Translations under genes and position numbers: made by a program
Notes under the pieces: generated by a model
What the model saw: the letters and a program-made list of their open reading frames with translations, nothing else
Databases searched by the model: none
What the model was told of the DNA's origin: nothing
Assembly: GCA_002269645.1 (NCBI GenBank)
Contig: NIVC01001632.1
Location: 62,001 to 126,000 of the forward strand
DNA: 64,000 nucleotides
DNA from: Macrostomum lignano
Taxonomy: Eukaryota
Direction: 5' to 3'
Part shown: positions 62,370 through 64,000 of the stretch, piece after piece
Layout of the letters: each line of letters opens with the position of its first letter
How positions within the stretch are numbered: position 1 is the first letter of the stretch

Positions 62370-64000
62370 TGCCAAGCAGCATCCAACATCAACCGGACAC
62401 CAACCAAATCTACCCAACAGCATCAACCATCAACCGGACACCAACCAACTCTACCCAACAGCATCCAACATCAACCGGACACCAACCAACTCTACCCAAC
62501 AGCATCCAACATCAACCGGACACCAACCAACTCTACCCAACAGCATCCAACATCAACCGGACACCAACCAAATCTACCCAACAGCATCAACCATCAACCG
62601 GACACCAACCAACTCTACCCAACAGCATCCAACATCAACCGGACACCAATCAAATCTATCCAACAGCATCCAACATCAACCGGACACCAACCAACTCTAC
62701 CCAACAGCATCCAACATCAACCGGACACCAACCAACTCTACCCAACAGCATCCAACATCAACCGGACACCAATCAAATCTATCCAACAGCATCCAACATC
62801 AACTGGACACCAACCAACTCTACCCAACACCATCCAACATCAACCGGACACCAACCAATTCTACCCAACAGCATCCAACATCAACTGCACACCAACTAAC
62901 TCTACCCAACAGCATCCAACATCAACCGGACACCAACCAACTCTACCCAACAGCATCCAACATCAACCGGACACCAACCAACTCTACCCAACAGCATCCA
63001 ACATCAACCGGACACCAACCAACTCTACCCAACAGCATCCAACATCAACCGGACACCAACCAACTCTACCCAACACCATCCAACATCAACCGGACACCAA
63101 CCAACTCTACCCAACAGCATCCAACATCAACCGGACACCAACCAACTCTACCCAACACCATCCAACATCAACCGGACACCAATCAAATCTATCCAACAGC
63201 ATCCAACATCAACTGGACACCAATCAAATCTATCCAACAGCATCCAACATCAACTGGACACCAACCAACTCTACCCAACACCATCCAACATCAACCGGAC
63301 ACCAACCAATTCTACCCAACAGCATCCAACATCAACTGCACACCAACCAACTCTACCCAACAGCATCCAACATCAACCGGACACCAACCAACTCTACCCA
63401 ACAGCATCCAACATCAACTGGACACCAACCAACTCTACCCAACAGCATCCAACATCAACCGGACACCAACCAACTCTACCCAACAGCATCCAACATCAAC
63501 CGGACACCAACCAACTCTACCCAACAGCATCCAACATCAACCGGACACCAACCATCTCTACCCAACAGCATCCAACATCAACCGGACACCAATCAAATCT
63601 ATCCAACAGCATCCAACATCAACTGGACACCAACCAACTCTACCCAACACCATCCAACATCAACCGGACACCAACCAATTCTACCCAACAGCATCCAACA
63701 TCAACTGGACACCAACCAACTCTACCCAACAGCATCCAACATCAACCGGACACCAACCAACTCTACCCAACAGCATCCAACATCAACCGGACACCAACCA
63801 ACTCTACCCAACACCATCCAACATCAACCGGACACCAACCAACTCTACCCAACACCATCCAACATCAACCGGACACCAATCAAATCTATCCAACAGCATC
63901 CAACATCAACTGGACACCAATCAAATCTATCCAACAGCATCCAACATCAACTGGACACCAACCAACTCTACCCAACACCATCCAACATCAACCGGACACC
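62370..64000. repeat. 41-bp satellite (caacagcatccaacatcaaccggacaccaaccaactctacc), runs off the window end
   Basis: Direct periodicity (gcatcc at 62461 and 62502). Confidence 0.97.

Noticed and set aside
62090-62899. 269-aa QHQPDT-repeat ORF
   Set aside because: Runs through a 41-bp satellite (unit not a multiple of 3); no coding signature.

Overview
Repeat-rich eukaryotic DNA from an invertebrate. GC-rich exons, AT-rich spacers, dense minisatellites, short introns and a lophotrochozoan-type GluCl suggest a flatworm such as Macrostomum (inference). No prokaryotic features, rRNA, true tRNA or CRISPR array were found. Genes I could reconstruct by hand: one CNOT1 exon; a 9-10 exon Cys-loop anion channel (lophotrochozoan GluCl type); a PTB-domain protein; a 2-exon Ser/Thr kinase; a 3-exon acidic orphan gene absent from the ORF track; and an EHQGDEDA-repeat ORF. 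The last two lie in a ~9.2 kb tandem duplication (8198-17423 / 17424-26750). Mobile DNA includes an internally deleted Merlin element with perfect 8-bp TSD, two further TIR elements with 8-bp TSDs, two Helitron-like elements and two tRNA-derived SINE families. Tandem arrays have units of 15, 16, 24, 29, 35, 41, 44/45, 65 and ~66 bp; the 65-bp array is ~11.9 kb. The best novelty candidate is a pair of small minus-strand loci at 59.85-61.62 kb encoding cationic amphipathic helical peptides. One has a classic signal peptide + acidic propiece + basic mature peptide architecture, suggesting an undescribed antimicrobial-peptide family. Several single-base frame breaks fall in or near homopolymers and may be long-read consensus errors.
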